A stretch of DNA of 64,000 nt from Candidatus Deferrimicrobiaceae bacterium (lineage in GTDB: Bacteria > Desulfobacterota > Deferrimicrobia > Deferrimicrobiales > Deferrimicrobiaceae). Numbering within the stretch: position 1 is the first letter of the stretch; each line of letters begins with the position of its first letter. The notes beneath the pieces were generated by a model. The model saw only the letters and a list, made by a program, of their open reading frames with translations, did no database searches and was not told the origin of the DNA. This document shows positions 9,886 through 18,980 of the stretch, one piece after another. The translations under genes and the position numbers were made by a program. The stretch is from assembly GCA_963792415.1 (NCBI GenBank), contig CAWBVY010000004.1, positions 512,001-576,000 of the forward strand. The letters run 5' to 3'.

Positions 9886-11976
9886 ATGACGCTTGCCTGC
9901 ATCGCGATCCCGCTCCTTCCGTTGCTCGCCTCCGTTGCGATCGTGCTCGGCGGCCCGTGGCTGAAAGGCCGCAGCCACTTCGTGGCGCTTCCCGCCGTGT
10001 GCGGCGCGTTCGCGCTTTCCGTCGCGGCCCTCGTCCACGTGGTCTCCTCGGGGCCGGTGCGGGCGCCGCTTTACGAGTGGATCGACGCCGGGTCGTTTTC
10101 CGTGCGTATCGGCCTGTTGGTCGACCGCCTGACCGTCGTCATGCTCGTGATGGTTACGGCAGTCGCGGGCCTGGTCCAGGCGTACAGCGTGCGCTACATG
10201 CGGGGAGACGACGGGTACGCAAGGTTCTTCGCGTGCGTCTCGCTGTTCACCGGCTCGATGCTGATGCTGGTGATGAGCGACAACCTCCTGACGATGTTCG
10301 TGTTCTGGGAAGCGGTGGGACTGTGCTCCTACCTCCTGATCGGGTTCACGTACGAGCGGAAGCCGGCGTGCGACGCCGCGGTGAAGGCGTTCTGGGTGAA
10401 CCGGATCGGGGACGCGGGGTTCCTGATGGGGATCCTTCTCGCGTGGACGACGTTCGGGACGCTCGACTCCCTCGCGATCATGCGCGATGCGGGCCGGCAC
10501 GCGGGCGACACCGTCGCGCTCTTCGGTCGGTACGGGTCGGTGAACACGCTGACCCTCATCACCATGCTGTTCCTCTGCGGGGCGCTCGCAAAGTCGGCCC
10601 AGCTTCCCTTCCACGTGTGGCTGCCCAACGCGATGGAGGCGCCGACTCCCGTCTCCGCCCTGATCCACGCGGCGACGATGGTGACGGCCGGCGTGTTCCT
10701 CGTCGCCCGCTTCGCCCCCCTGTTCGACCAGGCGCCGGTTACGCGGAATGTCCTTGTCGTCGCAGGTGCGTCTTCTGCGGTGTTCGGTGCCGCTGTTTCC
10801 ATGGTGCAGGCCGACATCAAGCGGGTCCTGGCGTATTCCACGATGAGCCAGCTGGGGTACATGATGCTGGCCTGCGGCCTCGGAGCCTACGGGCTGGCGA
10901 TCTTCCACATGGTCGCCCACGCTGCGTTCAAGTCCCTGCTGTTCCTGACCGCGGGAACCGCGATCGAGGAGGTGGCCGCCCGGCACGATTTCCCGGCGCC
11001 CGTTCGCTCCGCCGGCTGGTTGCCCGCCCGCTTCTGGCTCCTCTGGGGTTCGGCCGTCGCACTGGCGTCGATGCCCCCCCTTGTACTGATCGCGGGCGGG
11101 AAAGGTCTTTTCCAACGGGTGTCCCCATCGGAACACGGGCATCCGGTATTCTGGGCGCTGACCTGGGTCGCGGCGCTGATGACGGTGGTGTACCTGCTTC
11201 GACTGGTAAGGGCCGCAGAGCAGCGATCCGGGCCGGACGCCACGCCGCTTCGTCTCCTGACGCCGAGGGCGTTCGGATATGTCGCGGGGACCGTGGCGGT
11301 GGTGACCATGGTTTCCGTGTGGTCCCCCCTCGCCGGCTGGGCGTGGTTCGAACGCTTCATGGCTTCGGCGCTCCCCTCCCCGTCGCCAGGCGCTCCGGTC
11401 GCCTCCGCGGAAGGGGCGCTGTCCCTCGCGATCATGACGGCCATGGGCGTGACGCTTTCGGCCGCGGTGTTCGGATTCCTTCATGCGGCCTTGCGAAGGC
11501 GCGCGCCTGCGGCGCCCGGCCCGTGGGATCGATGGAGTGCCATGCTCTATGTCGTTGTGCTGAACCGCGGATACGTGGACGAGGTCTATCAGGCGGCCAT
11601 TGTCCGCCCCGTGCTGGGGATCGCGAAATGGCTTTCGGAGTCGGTCGACGTCGAAATCATCGACCGTTCCGTCGAAGGCATCGGCGCGGTTTTGGAAAAC
11701 GTCGGGAGGTGGCTGTCGACGTGCATCGAGGGAGGCATCGACCGTGGTTTCGAAGGCTTCAGCGCGGTTTTTGAAGGCGTCGGGAAGTGGCTGTCGACGT
11801 GTATAGAGGGAGGAGTCATCGACCGGGCCGTCGACGGATTCGGGGCGGCCGTCGCGGGCATGGGAGAGCGGATGCGGCGGATGCAGAGCGGGCAGTTCCA
11901 CCATTACGCCATCGTCGCGCTCCTCGGCGTCATCCTGCTGCTGGGGGTGTGCCTCGCGGCGGTAGTCGCCGGTTGA
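9886..11976 (+). CDS. NuoL/ND5-like subunit, copy 2, with extended lateral helix
   Basis: Paralog of 2860-4782 with a 53-aa repeat insertion at 11656-11814. Confidence 0.9.
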   Translation: MTLACIAIPLLPLLASVAIVLGGPWLKGRSHFVALPAVCGAFALSVAALVHVVSSGPVRAPLYEWIDAGSFSVRIGLLVDRLTVVMLVMVTAVAGLVQAYSVRYMRGDDGYARFFACVSLFTGSMLMLVMSDNLLTMFVFWEAVGLCSYLLIGFTYERKPACDAAVKAFWVNRIGDAGFLMGILLAWTTFGTLDSLAIMRDAGRHAGDTVALFGRYGSVNTLTLITMLFLCGALAKSAQLPFHVWLPNAMEAPTPVSALIHAATMVTAGVFLVARFAPLFDQAPVTRNVLVVAGASSAVFGAAVSMVQADIKRVLAYSTMSQLGYMMLACGLGAYGLAIFHMVAHAAFKSLLFLTAGTAIEEVAARHDFPAPVRSAGWLPARFWLLWGSAVALASMPPLVLIAGGKGLFQRVSPSEHGHPVFWALTWVAALMTVVYLLRLVRAAEQRSGPDATPLRLLTPRAFGYVAGTVAVVTMVSVWSPLAGWAWFERFMASALPSPSPGAPVASAEGALSLAIMTAMGVTLSAAVFGFLHAALRRRAPAAPGPWDRWSAMLYVVVLNRGYVDEVYQAAIVRPVLGIAKWLSESVDVEIIDRSVEGIGAVLENVGRWLSTCIEGGIDRGFEGFSAVFEGVGKWLSTCIEGGVIDRAVDGFGAAVAGMGERMRRMQSGQFHHYAIVALLGVILLLGVCLAAVVAG
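11656..11814 (+). repeat. In-frame tandem repeat (81 + 78 bp) in the NuoL-like lateral helix
   Basis: IIDRSVEGIGAVLENVGRWLSTCIEGG / IDRGFEGFSAVFEGVGKWLSTCIEGG preceding VIDRAVDGFGA. Confidence 0.9.
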
Positions 11977-12144
11977 CCCCCCCAAAAAATCCTCAGGGCC
12001 TGATCCGCAAGGCAATAAAAGAGAACCTCCTGTCGCCGGGGGGACCGGCGCGACTCCCGCCATCCCCAACGCTGCGAAAACGTAACCGTAGTTTCGTCCA
12101 GGGGACTTCGTCCCGAGGTGGTCGGCCGTGATCGGCCGGGAGGG

Positions 12145-12176
12145 AAAAAAAGCCGCCGGGGATTTCCCCCGGCGGC
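12145..12176 (-). terminator. Intrinsic terminator of the MFS gene
   Basis: 10-bp stem GCCGCCGGGG/CCCCGGCGGC followed by T7 on the minus strand. Confidence 0.85.
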
Positions 12177-12210
12177 CTTGAAGCGGTTGTACCCCTCTGA
12201 AGACGGTCGA

Positions 12211-13480
12211 CTAGGCGTCGTGCGACGGCTTCTTGAGGATGAGCACCAGGATGATCCCGAGGACGCACATGCCCGACAGGGTGAAGTAGGTCTGGTTGTA
12301 CCCGGCGGCGATGTCTCCCGCCTTCTTCGCCGCGTCGACGATGCCGGCGAAGTACCCCGGGACGACGAACCCGCAGATTCCCCACGCCGTGAAGACGGTG
12401 CCGTAGTTGGCGCCCACGTTCTTCGGGCCGTAGAAGTCGGCCGTGAACGACGGCATCATCGCCAGGTAGCCGCCGTACGAGAAGCCGACCAGGCACAGGC
12501 CGGCAAGGGCCTGCACGAAGTTGGTGGTGTTCCGGAGCAGGAAGAGGCAGGCGACGATGTAGACGACGAACATGGCGACCGTCGTCGGCTTTCCGCCCGA
12601 TCTTGTCGGAGGTCGCGCCCCACGCGAGGCGGCCGACCCCGTTGAACGCGCTCATCAACCCGAGGGCCGCGGCCGCGGACATGATGGCGGTGCCCGCCGC
12701 CATGCCCTTCATCACCGGGACTGCCTGGCCGATGGAGACGATCCCGACGCTGGTGCCGAGGAAGTAGATGAACCACAGGCAGTAGAACTGCCACGTCTTG
12801 ACCATCTCGCCCGTGGTGAACTCCGCCTTCTGCACCACGCCGGCGGCGCTGGTGGCCGCGGCGGGAGGAGTCCACCCTTCCGGCTTGTAGCCGGCGGGCG
12901 GGACGTCGTAGATCCGGGCGGCGCCGACGACGCAGACCAGCATGATGACGCCGAGGATGCCGAAGGTCCGGGGAACGGTGGTCGACCACATCGCCGCATC
13001 GGGACCGAGGAGGGCCGAGATCAACGGCGCGAAGATCATCGAGCCCGCCCCGAAGCCGAGGACCGCGAGGCCGACGATCGTCCCGCGCTTGTCGGGGAAC
13101 CACTTCACGCAGGTGGCGATCGGGGTGACGTAGGCGAACCCGACGCCGAGGCCCCCGATGATCCCGTAGGCGAAATTGAGGCCCATCGGGTTCTGCCACA
13201 TGAGGGCCGAAAGGAAGCAGCCGGCGGCCAGCAGGCCGCCGCCGACCGAGCCGACGAGTTTCGGCCCCTTCTTGTCCTGCCAGAACCCGGCGATGATCAT
13301 CGCGACGGTGAAGAAGAGCAGCGAGTAGCGGTACGGCGCGATCGAGGTCTTCCCGTCCCAACCGTTCGTTTTCTCCAGAACCGGCCGGAACACCGACCAG
13401 GAGTACAACGCACCCAAGCACAGCTGCATTACCAAGGCGGCGTAGACGAACTTCCAACGATTCACCTTCTCAGCCATCAT
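12211..13480 (-). CDS. OFA-family (OxlT/YhjX-like) MFS transporter, frameshift near 12591
   Basis: LGALYSWSVF, KWFPDKRG, NGVGRLAWGATSDKIGR, ADFYGPKNVGANYG; split over two frames. Confidence 0.88.
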
Positions 13481-13619
13481 TCCCCTCCTTCTTGATATGA
13501 TCCCTCATTGAATCCAATCGAACTCGCGAACTCGGTCCCCTCAATCACGGTCGATACGTCCCGGGTCCACCTCCTTTCGGGGAGAAGCGGTTTTACCCTG
13601 TAAAATAAGATTTCCCTAT

Positions 13620-13649
13620 CTTCTACCTCAAACGAAAAACCGGTGTCAA
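13620..13649 (-). promoter_or_regulatory. Candidate sigma70 promoter of the MFS gene
   Basis: TTGACA-N18-TAGAAG in an AT-rich intergenic stretch. Confidence 0.45.
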
Positions 13650-13872
13650 GGGAATTGTAAACGCGGTTTTATTGTCGTTTACCGGTTCGCCTGCGGGATC
13701 GGGCCGGCGATCGATCGGGGCGTCCCGCCGGAGTGGCATCGGAGGGGCGCAGGACGTGAATCGCCGGGCGATCGGAGGCGCGCCGGGAAATCGATCCGGG
13801 GAGGGAATCCGGGTCGTGGGGATGGGGCATCTAATCATGAAAGAGCGATGGCACGCGAGAGGAGAACCCGAC

Positions 13873-14352
13873 ATGAGCCCCTTCCAGGAGATCAAGACCG
13901 TCCCCCCCGTCCAGGCGATCGGCATGCGCGGGGAGATGTCGCTGTGGAGCGTCGACACCGCCTTCGGGCGGCTCTACGACAAGGCGTTGGAAGGTCGGCT
14001 GATGTTCCGCCAGCCGGCCATCGGGGTGCGCCACGGGGAGGTCCGGATCCCCGACCCCTTCCGGTCCGAGTACCACGTCCTCTTCCCCCTGAACCAGAAT
14101 CCCGGGATGGAGATCCCCGGCGCCGAGATCGTCGACCTGCCCGGCGCGGAGGTCGCCTCCTTCGTCCACCGGGGTCCCTACGAGTGGATCCAGTGCACCT
14201 ATGAAAAGGTGCTAGACTGGCTCCGGGAGAACCGGTACGAAGCCGCGGGGGAGGCACGAGAGGTGTTCTTCGTGGCCCCGGAGCCGCACTCGGGGGGAAC
14301 CCAGGACGACATGCTGACCGAGATCCAGGTCCCCATCCGTCCGGCGGCGTGA
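13873..14352 (+). CDS. GyrI-like small-molecule-binding protein
   Basis: VASFVHRGPYE..TYEKVLDWL..REVF..TEIQVPI; GAGGAG RBS. Confidence 0.85.
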   Translation: MSPFQEIKTVPPVQAIGMRGEMSLWSVDTAFGRLYDKALEGRLMFRQPAIGVRHGEVRIPDPFRSEYHVLFPLNQNPGMEIPGAEIVDLPGAEVASFVHRGPYEWIQCTYEKVLDWLRENRYEAAGEAREVFFVAPEPHSGGTQDDMLTEIQVPIRPAA

Positions 14353-14380
14353 ACCGGCTCCCCGGAGGGACGGGGAAGGC

Positions 14381-15508
14381 TTGAGCGATCGGGAGAAGAT
14401 CTTCCTGACCCACCTGTCGTCCTGCGCCGGTTGAGCGTCCAAGCTGGGGCAGGGGGTCCTTGCCCGCGTGCTGTCCGCCTTGCCGCCGCCCGACGATCCG
14501 CGCGTGCTCGTAGGCACCTCCCACGCCGACGACGCGGGGGTCTTTCGCCTTTCCGCGGAGGAGGCCCTCATCGGCACCCTCGACTTCTTCACGCCGATCG
14601 TCGACGACCCGTACCTGTACGGTTCGATCGCCGCCGCCAACTCCCTGAGCGACGTGTACGCGATGGGGGGGGAGCCGCTCTTCGCGCTCGCCATCGCCGC
14701 CTTCCCCGAGGACGAGAAGATCCTGCCGTACCTCGCGGACGTCATGGCCGGCGCCGCCGGCAAGGCGAAGGAGGCCGGCGTCTGCATCATCGGGGGGCAC
14801 ACGGTGAAGGACAAGGAGCCGAAGTTCGGCCTCTCGGTCACCGGCCGGGTCCACCCCGACCGGATGTGGCACAACCGGGGGGCGAAGCCCGGCGACGCGA
14901 TCGTCCTGACGAAGCCCCTGGGGACCGGCATTGCCACCTCGGCGATCAAGTGGGGGATCTGCCCGAAAGGGACGGAAGAGGCGGTGATCGCCTCGATGGC
15001 CCGGCTGAACGCGTATGCTTCGAAAGCGGGGCGCGAGGTCGGGATCTCCACGGCCACCGACGTGACCGGGTTCGGGTTGATCGGGCACCTGCTGGAGGTG
15101 GTCGAGGGGAGCGGGATCGCCGCGGAGATCCGCCTTGCGGACGTCCCGGTCTTCCACGGGGTGCGGGAACTCATGCGGAGGAAGCGCGTGGACGCCCTGA
15201 CCGGCAGGTGGCGGTTTCCGGGATCGGAATGGATCCACGCGACGTTCGGCGGGCACCCGATCCCCGGGGGGACGCACCAGAATATAACGCACCAGCTCGG
15301 GCGCGTCCGCTTCCCGCCCATGCTGCCGCCGGAGGAGGCGTTTCTCCTGTCCGACCCGCAGACCTCCGGCGGGCTCCTGATGTTCGTCCCCGAGGCTTCG
15401 GCCGAGGCGCTCTGCGACGCCTTGCGCTCCGCGGGCGAGGGCGCGTGGCGGATCGGCCGGACGCTCGAGGCGGGCGACCTCCCGATGCAGCGGATCACGG
15501 TAATCTAG
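14381..15508 (+). CDS. selD: Selenide,water dikinase containing selenocysteine (UGA 14432-14434)
   Basis: TTG start; LTHLSSCAG-U-ASKL; DDAGV, DFFTPIVDDP, ANSLSDVYAMGG, GGHT, TDVTGFGL, DPQTSGGLL. Confidence 0.93.
14447..14465 (+). promoter_or_regulatory. Candidate bacterial SECIS hairpin
   Basis: GGGCAGGG-GGT-CCTTGCCC stem-loop with G-containing loop starting 13 nt after the UGA. Confidence 0.6.
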
Positions 15509-15587
15509 CTTCCGGTCTTCCCCCCCCCCCCCACCCGGAGATTCTTTGAGGTACTATGGCAGGGACACCGCGAGGGGGGGTGGGACG

Positions 15588-16490
15588 ATGCGGAAGATGG
15601 CGTTGGGGACCGTCCGATCGCTTTCGGTGAAGTGTCTCTCCGAGCTGTCGTGGCACGACAACGCGCGGATGCGGCTGGACGTACGGGAGGCGGGCGGGCT
15701 GCAGACCGCCGACCAGTTCGACGTGAAGTGGACGCCGGGGAACGCCGCCGGCGTCTCCGCCCTCCTGTCGATGGTCGATGCCGAAGGGGTCTCCAGGACG
15801 ATCCTGATGGACGTGGGCTGGGACGTCGAGTACATGGACGGCGTCTTCCGCCGCGAGGGGGTCGACCGGCTCCTCGCCGACGGGAAGATCGACCTCGTCT
15901 ACATCACCCACGAGCACGTGGACCATTTCTGGGGGATGCCCGCCGTCGTGAAGTACCGCCCCGACGTGAAGGTCGTCCTCCCCGCCGGTTTCTCCCCCCG
16001 CAGCAAGGAGCTGCTGGCATCGTCCGGCCACAAGGGGGAGGTCGTCGAGATGCCGCCCGGCCCGCACCTGCTCTTTCCCGGATGCGCCTCCGTCACCTTC
16101 GACCAGCCGATCTTCCTCAAGACCCACGGGGAGCAGGTCCTCTACGTGAACATCGAGGGGAAGGGGATCGTCACCGTCACCGGCTGCTGCCACCCCGGGG
16201 TGATCGGGCTGCTCGAATACGCGAAGGAGCACTTCAAGGAGTTCCCCGCCTTCCACGGCGTGTACGGCGGCCTGCACATCGCCCCGTTCGAGGAGTGGGG
16301 CCCCCCGCAGGAGGAGCTGCTCGACAAGATGGAGGCGTTCCGCGTCCGGAAGTTCGCCTGCAACCATTGCACGGGGGAAATTGCGGCGCGGAAGATGCGG
16401 GAGCGCGGCATGCCCGTCGTCGGCGGCACGGCGCGCCACGGCAGCAAGAGCGTCCTCTACCCCGGGAACGGCGACACGGTCGACTTCTGA
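15588..16490 (+). CDS. MBL-fold metallo-hydrolase
   Basis: ILMDVG, THEHVDHFWG, GCCHPG, GGLH, NHCTG. Confidence 0.85.
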   Translation: MRKMALGTVRSLSVKCLSELSWHDNARMRLDVREAGGLQTADQFDVKWTPGNAAGVSALLSMVDAEGVSRTILMDVGWDVEYMDGVFRREGVDRLLADGKIDLVYITHEHVDHFWGMPAVVKYRPDVKVVLPAGFSPRSKELLASSGHKGEVVEMPPGPHLLFPGCASVTFDQPIFLKTHGEQVLYVNIEGKGIVTVTGCCHPGVIGLLEYAKEHFKEFPAFHGVYGGLHIAPFEEWGPPQEELLDKMEAFRVRKFACNHCTGEIAARKMRERGMPVVGGTARHGSKSVLYPGNGDTVDF

Positions 16491-16524
16491 CGTTGCCCGC
16501 GAGCCCGACCGCTCCCGTCGGCGC

Positions 16525-17814
16525 TTACCCGTTCCACCGCTCGATGAGCCGATAGACGATCTCCGTCATCTCCGCGATCCCGGCCAACGGGATCCGCTCG
16601 TCCACCCCGTGGATCTTCCCGTGCTCGGCGCGCGGAAGCAGCGCCGGCATCAGCCCGTACGTGGGGATCCCGATCGACCGGAAGAAGCGCGAGTCGGTGA
16701 AGCCGGTGGACATGTACGGCACGACGACCGCGTCGGGGTGCACGGCGAGGACCGCCGCCTCCATCGCCCCGTAGAGCGGCCCCATCGGCGACCCGTTCGG
16801 CACCTCCGCGAAGAGGATCTCGACCGACACGTGGAGGTCGGCCACCAGGGCCCGCAGCCGCGCCGCCACCTCCTCCGGCTCCTCGCCCGGGACGATCCGC
16901 GCGTCGACCGTCCCCTCCGCCGAGGACGGGATCACGTTCGGCTTGAACCCCGCCGAAAGCGTCGTCACCGCGAACGTGTTCCGCAGCAGCGGGTCGATCT
17001 CGGGGAACTTCGCCGCGAGAGCGTCCAGCGCCCGGGACTCTTCGGCACCCCCCCGCAGCGCGTCCACGTCGAGGTCCGAGAATCCCTTCGCGCGCAGCAC
17101 CCGCAGCATGTCCCGCACCGGTTCGGTGAGGCGCGCCGGGTCCCGGTGCTCGGCCACCCGCGCCATCGCCCGCGCCAGCCGCGCCGGGGCGTCCTTCGCC
17201 GACGGGCGGCTGCCGTGCCCCGCCCTCCCCGCCGCGGACAGCTTCATCCACACGGGCCCCTTCTCCCACATGTTCAGCAGGAAGAACTTCCCGCCATCGC
17301 CGAAGACGTCGGTCACCCCCACGCCGCCCTCGTTCATCCCGAACGCCGCGCCGATCGGGAACGGCAGGTTCCGCACGAAATATTCCGCCCCCTCGCCCCC
17401 GCCGACCTCCTCGTCCGCGTTCGCCACGAGGAACAGCTTTCTCCGCAGGACCCCGGCCTTCGCGGCGCGCAGCGCGGCGCACCAGTGCGCGACCCCCAGG
17501 CCCTTCGTGTCCAGCGTCCCGCGCCCGTACAGGAAGCCGTCCCGCACCTCCGCCGAAAACGGCGGCACGCTCCACTCCTCCGCCCTTGCCGGCACCACGT
17601 CCATGTGGTGGATGAGGACCAGTCCCGGTTCCTCCGTCCCCCCGACGTGGCAGAGGACGTTCGGTTTCTCGGGCACCGCCCCGAACGTGACCGGCGACAG
17701 GCCGCTCTCCCGCAGCGTCCCGCAGAGCAGTTCCGCCGCCGCCCGGCAATCCCCCGGCGGATTCGACGTGTCGATCCTCACGTATTCGGAAAGCAGCGCA
17801 ACCGGGTCCGTCAT
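16525..17814 (-). CDS. M20/M25/M40 family metallopeptidase or deacylase
   Basis: HHMDVVP, YGRGTLDTKG, ADEEVGG, GHGS, GFTD, IHGVDE. Confidence 0.9.
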   Translation of the reverse strand: MTDPVALLSEYVRIDTSNPPGDCRAAAELLCGTLRESGLSPVTFGAVPEKPNVLCHVGGTEEPGLVLIHHMDVVPARAEEWSVPPFSAEVRDGFLYGRGTLDTKGLGVAHWCAALRAAKAGVLRRKLFLVANADEEVGGGEGAEYFVRNLPFPIGAAFGMNEGGVGVTDVFGDGGKFFLLNMWEKGPVWMKLSAAGRAGHGSRPSAKDAPARLARAMARVAEHRDPARLTEPVRDMLRVLRAKGFSDLDVDALRGGAEESRALDALAAKFPEIDPLLRNTFAVTTLSAGFKPNVIPSSAEGTVDARIVPGEEPEEVAARLRALVADLHVSVEILFAEVPNGSPMGPLYGAMEAAVLAVHPDAVVVPYMSTGFTDSRFFRSIGIPTYGLMPALLPRAEHGKIHGVDERIPLAGIAEMTEIVYRLIERWNG

Positions 17815-17891
17815 TGAAGTTCCCCCTGTTTCGGGATACATTTTCCTGACCGCGCAAGAGCGGCCCACATCGCGCGCGAGGGGACACCCGC

Positions 17892-18932
17892 ATGCCCAAG
17901 GCACTGATCACCGGCATTACCGGACAGGACGGATCCTACCTCGCCGAGTTCCTGCTCTCGAAGGGGTACGAGGTCCACGGCATCATCCGCCGCGCCTCCA
18001 CCTTCAACACCGGCCGCCTCGACCACATCTACCTCGACCCGCACGCCGCCGGCGCCCGCATGTTCCTCCACTACGGCGACCTGTCGGACGGCGGGCAGCT
18101 CACCAACCTCATCTACAACGTCCAGCCCGACGAGATCTACCATTTGGGTGCGCAAAGTCACGTTCGCGTTTCCTTCGACATCCCCGAATACACCGGCGAC
18201 ATCACCGCCCTCGGCACGATCCGCATCCTCGAGTCGCTGCGCCGCGCGGGCGGCAAGGCCCGCTACTACCAGGCCTCCTCCAGCGAGATGTTCGGCGCGA
18301 CGAAGCCGCCGCAGGGGGAGAATGCGCCCTTCTATCCCCGCTCCCCGTACGGGGCGGCGAAGGTCTACTCCTACTGGATGGCGGTCAACTACCGGGAAGC
18401 GTACAACATGTTCGCCAGCAACGGGATCCTCTTCAACCACGAATCCCCGCGCCGCGGCGAGACGTTCGTCACCCGCAAGATCACCCGCGCGATCGCGAGG
18501 ATCAAGGCGGGGGAGCAGAAGGAGCTGTTCCTCGGCAACCTCGACGCCCGGCGCGACTGGGGGTTCGCCTACGAATACGTCCAGGCGATGTGGCGCATCC
18601 TGCAGCACGACCGGGGGGACGATTTCGTCGTCGGCACCGGCCAGTCGAACTCGGTGAAGGAGTTCCTCGAGGAGGCGTTCGCCTACGCCGGCCTCGACTG
18701 GAAGGAGTACGTGAGGATCGACCCGAAATATTTCCGGCCCACCGAGGTCGAGAACCTGGTCGCCGACGCCTCGAAGGCGAGGAGGCTGCTCGGCTGGGAG
18801 CCGAAGGTAACGTTCAAGGAGCTTGTGCGGATCATGGTCGACGCCGACCTGGAGGACGCGGGGCTTCCGACCCCCGGCGAGGGCCGCAGGATCCTCGCCG
18901 CCAAGGGCTTCCCCGTCGCCTCGAAACTCTGA
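17892..18932 (+). CDS. gmd: GDP-mannose 4,6-dehydratase
   Basis: [52 protein letters not shown]. Confidence 0.97.
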   Translation: MPKALITGITGQDGSYLAEFLLSKGYEVHGIIRRASTFNTGRLDHIYLDPHAAGARMFLHYGDLSDGGQLTNLIYNVQPDEIYHLGAQSHVRVSFDIPEYTGDITALGTIRILESLRRAGGKARYYQASSSEMFGATKPPQGENAPFYPRSPYGAAKVYSYWMAVNYREAYNMFASNGILFNHESPRRGETFVTRKITRAIARIKAGEQKELFLGNLDARRDWGFAYEYVQAMWRILQHDRGDDFVVGTGQSNSVKEFLEEAFAYAGLDWKEYVRIDPKYFRPTEVENLVADASKARRLLGWEPKVTFKELVRIMVDADLEDAGLPTPGEGRRILAAKGFPVASKL

Positions 18933-18980
18933 CCCGTTGAACAGGGACACTCCTGTGGTTCGGGAGATCATGGAGCCGGG

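Noticed and set aside
836-11976. Annotation as respiratory complex I (nuoLM)
   Set aside because: No nuoA-K or nuoN in the visible region, genes are interleaved with dabA, and the NuoL distal motifs are altered
6180-12069. Very long antisense or alternate-frame ORFs (e.g. 6180-9299, 9541-12069; similar ones throughout the window)
   Set aside because: They shadow well-supported genes, are Arg/Gly/Pro-rich and lack motifs; expected in high-GC DNA
15519-15532. Poly-C tract after selD (and C9 at 36432-36440) as phase-variation sites
   Set aside because: The first is intergenic with no evident promoter role; the second is in frame encoding SPPH; homopolymer lengths are unreliable in this assembly
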